Source: Botryllus schlosseri (Eukaryota). Taken from it: a DNA stretch of 64,000 nt. The notes under the pieces were generated by a model. It was given only the letters and a program-made list of their open reading frames with translations. It was not told the DNA's origin and did not search any database. Positions 61,801 to 64,000 of this stretch are shown piece after piece. The translations under genes were made by a program, and so were the position numbers. Numbering within the stretch: the stretch's first letter is position 1; every line of letters starts with the position of its first letter. The stretch is from assembly GCA_051294905.1 (NCBI GenBank), contig CM119371.1:30816001-30880000 (forward strand). Reading direction: 5' to 3'.

Positions 61801-63995
61801 ATAAGCTAAATGAGTTGAAGTCTTCCCCAAATGTAGAGCAGAAACTATTGACAACTCAACAAGGAACTGACGGAAGTACTAGAGCCATTTTCCTTGTTCC
61901 ACTGAGTATTTTTGTGTTGCAGTTATTTTAGAACTATGTTTTGTGATAAGTGGCTTGAACATGGAGGAGGTCTGGCCAGTGGCCACTGCAGTCCTTGTAT
62001 ATCGCAATATTCCATATTATTTTTTGTAGATAATATATTCTAAATTTGGTAAACCAGACAATGCATATTCCAATGTACATTGTATTCATAATCGGAAAAA
62101 CAAAAATATCAGTTACATAAAACATCACCTTCACTATATCCTTCTTGTCAGAAGCATAGAAGTGAAAATCAACGGCCTGGTGTGCTGTATTCTTTTCAAA
62201 GACTGATGAACAAAACTCGGCAAAGCCTATAGAAAATACAGGAACTATTTGTTCAGTATGCTGTAATTACTGCTCACTTTCGACAAGCAGATATAGCAAG
62301 TGATGACGAGTGATGGATGCAGTAGAAGTACCCGCAAATTTTCAGTAGATGCATGGCTGGATGACGAAGGTACAGAGCAGGGCTACTGAACAATTTGTAG
62401 CAAAGGTTCAGTTACAAAAGCTTAGAGTTTGCATAGGACCATTATACCTCGAGATCATGAAATAATTAACAGTAACTACTGTAATTTTCCAAGTATAGTA
62501 CGCCCCCTAGGCACCCTTAAAATGGCATGCAAATTCTGGGGAAAAGCCTCTACCCATGTATAGTACGCAACCTGAATTTGCAGTACACGAATAGCTGTGT
62601 TTTAGTATACTATGCCGACATGCCGGTCTGTATTGCGATGTCACTGTTCAACAATCATGACATAACGATCGCTAACCATTATGCAATTAACGCCATTTTC
62701 TCTAAACGATGGTAGATAGCAGCCAAAGCCTGCAAGGCTGGTAACGCGATAGTTCAGGCCAGCGACACGACATATTGAGCACGAGGCCTATCACAGATGC
62801 GTTTGCTAATCATTATACAATTAACGGCATTGTCTCTAAACGAAAGTAGATAGCAGTAAAGCCTGCGAGACCGGCGACGCGATAATTGAGGCCAGCGACA
62901 CGACATCTTGCGCACGAGGCCTCTTACAGATGTCATTGCCCAGGCCAGCGGTTATGTCTTGCGCACCAGGTCTTTTAGAGATGCGACTGATTACGCAAGC
63001 GATTATATCTTGAGCGCATGGCCTGTTGTATATGCGATTGTTCAGGCCTGTCTTCGACGCAATGAATTAGCGAGGATTGCCGCGCGTGCCTGCAGCAATG
63101 CTCGCTCGTGCTCAATGACCTAATTTCGCTCGCGTACAAACAGCAAACTAACTCAGCAGGAGACCGCGTGCTGTGCTGCTCGTTAATTGGTAACACACTT
63201 CTCGCTAATTGGCAGCGCGTAACACTGATAATAAGAATTATTGGGCACGATGGCTGAAAGTGATGCGCGATTGGAAACAAACATGAAGAAAGGTGTGATT
63301 TCAAGTTTTTTATCGGGAGAGATTTTTTCAAACGGCTTGTTGTACCGATGTATAATACGCACCCTCCTATTTTAGGACAAAAAATTGTGAAAATTATTCG
63401 CATTATACATGGAAAATTACGGTATATAGAAAATCCGCTAAGTGGTATTAGCAAAAATAATAAGCAAAATGTATTTATCGCTCTGTCAAATCACAGCTAG
63501 TGGTAAGATAGCATTTCTTATATTTTACTACGGTAGTTAAATTTTGGCTCTAAAGTTGGGAGAGCGAGTCAAAGGTAGTGGTGAGATTTGTTACTGGTTA
63601 TACCAATGCCCAATCTATTCTTTATAAACTTTGTGTGTGAAAATGCCGACTACCAGTAAGTAGAAGTATTAGTGAGAATTTGCACTCCAAATTTGTGAAG
63701 GGGTGGAAAATTATTCGGGAATCCTTCCATCAAGTTTCTCATCAATATCAAGAGATGGTGTAATAATTAGACGATACAATCACAATGAATTCACCTCTTG
63801 CTTTAGCTTTAAAAGTCTTTTTTCTCATTACACGATAACCGACCATGATGGTAATGTAATCCTGAATTAGCGTTTTGTTGTACACAACAACAGTCATTCT
63901 TTTGAGATTTTGAGGGGTCGGATTATTCTGTATGAATTCTTGTAACGCAGAGTGCAGCAGTGAGGCAGCATCTTTGGCCGGCTTGTTTATGTTTC
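52835..63995 (-). CDS. PARP14: PARP14-like mono-ADP-ribosyltransferase (macro-KH-WWE-PARP), 3' part; 5' end beyond the window
   Basis: Phase-consistent GT-AG exons 63995-63795 (macro C-terminus), 62226-62129, 59918-59767, 57494-57305 (WWE start), optional 57240-57195 and 56953-56910, 56449-56320, 55358-55225, 54601-54427 (LFHGT, GFNRSFAGEN), 53097-52835 (GNGVYFS, DSVVD, YPTYLIEY); third triad position is non-Glu (PTMFVVF). Confidence 0.88.
57700..58214. mobile_element. hAT-type MITE in a PARP intron
   Basis: TIR TAGGGCTGGGCA / TGCCCAGCCCTA; perfect TSD CTCCTAAC. Confidence 0.87.
60775..61760. mobile_element. MITE (CAGTGTTGGGAT family) in a PARP intron
   Basis: TIR CAGTGTTGGGAT / ATCCCAACACTG; TSD ATTCCCAC / CTTCCCAC; homologous to 3882-4760. 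Confidence 0.85.
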
Positions 63996-64000
63996 CTGCA

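Noticed and set aside
38243..64000. Functional link between the Polinton and the nearby PARP14-like or Ulp1 genes
   Set aside because: Both lie outside the TIR/TSD boundaries; proximity alone is not evidence.

Overview
AT-rich, intron-containing eukaryotic (animal, probably marine invertebrate) DNA. The centrepiece is a complete 15,830-bp Polinton/Maverick endogenous virus (22413-38242). It has a 6-bp TSD (CACGGG), ~855-bp near-identical TIRs starting AGTAGT, and genes for protein-primed PolB, packaging ATPase, chromodomain integrase, three tandem penton paralogs, double jelly-roll major capsid protein, adenain protease, small core/membrane proteins and a tandem OB-fold protein. Its replication module is unusual. 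The polB locus appears tandemly duplicated with reciprocal deletions, leaving a stand-alone terminal-protein-like ORF plus a polymerase that has lost 79 aa of that domain. The two are linked by a chain of ~40-nt exons and 59-64-nt introns ending exactly at the polymerase ATG, an adenovirus-like pTP/Pol split. This copy carries several apparent inactivating lesions. Host-side features are an intronless HAUS6 CDS truncated by a 7-bp duplication, a spliced and probably degenerate Ulp1/C48 protease gene, the 3' part of a PARP14-like (macro-KH-WWE-PARP) gene, a 176-bp satellite and many, often nested, hAT-type MITEs with 8-bp TSDs. All protein calls are by motif recognition only; no database searches were run.
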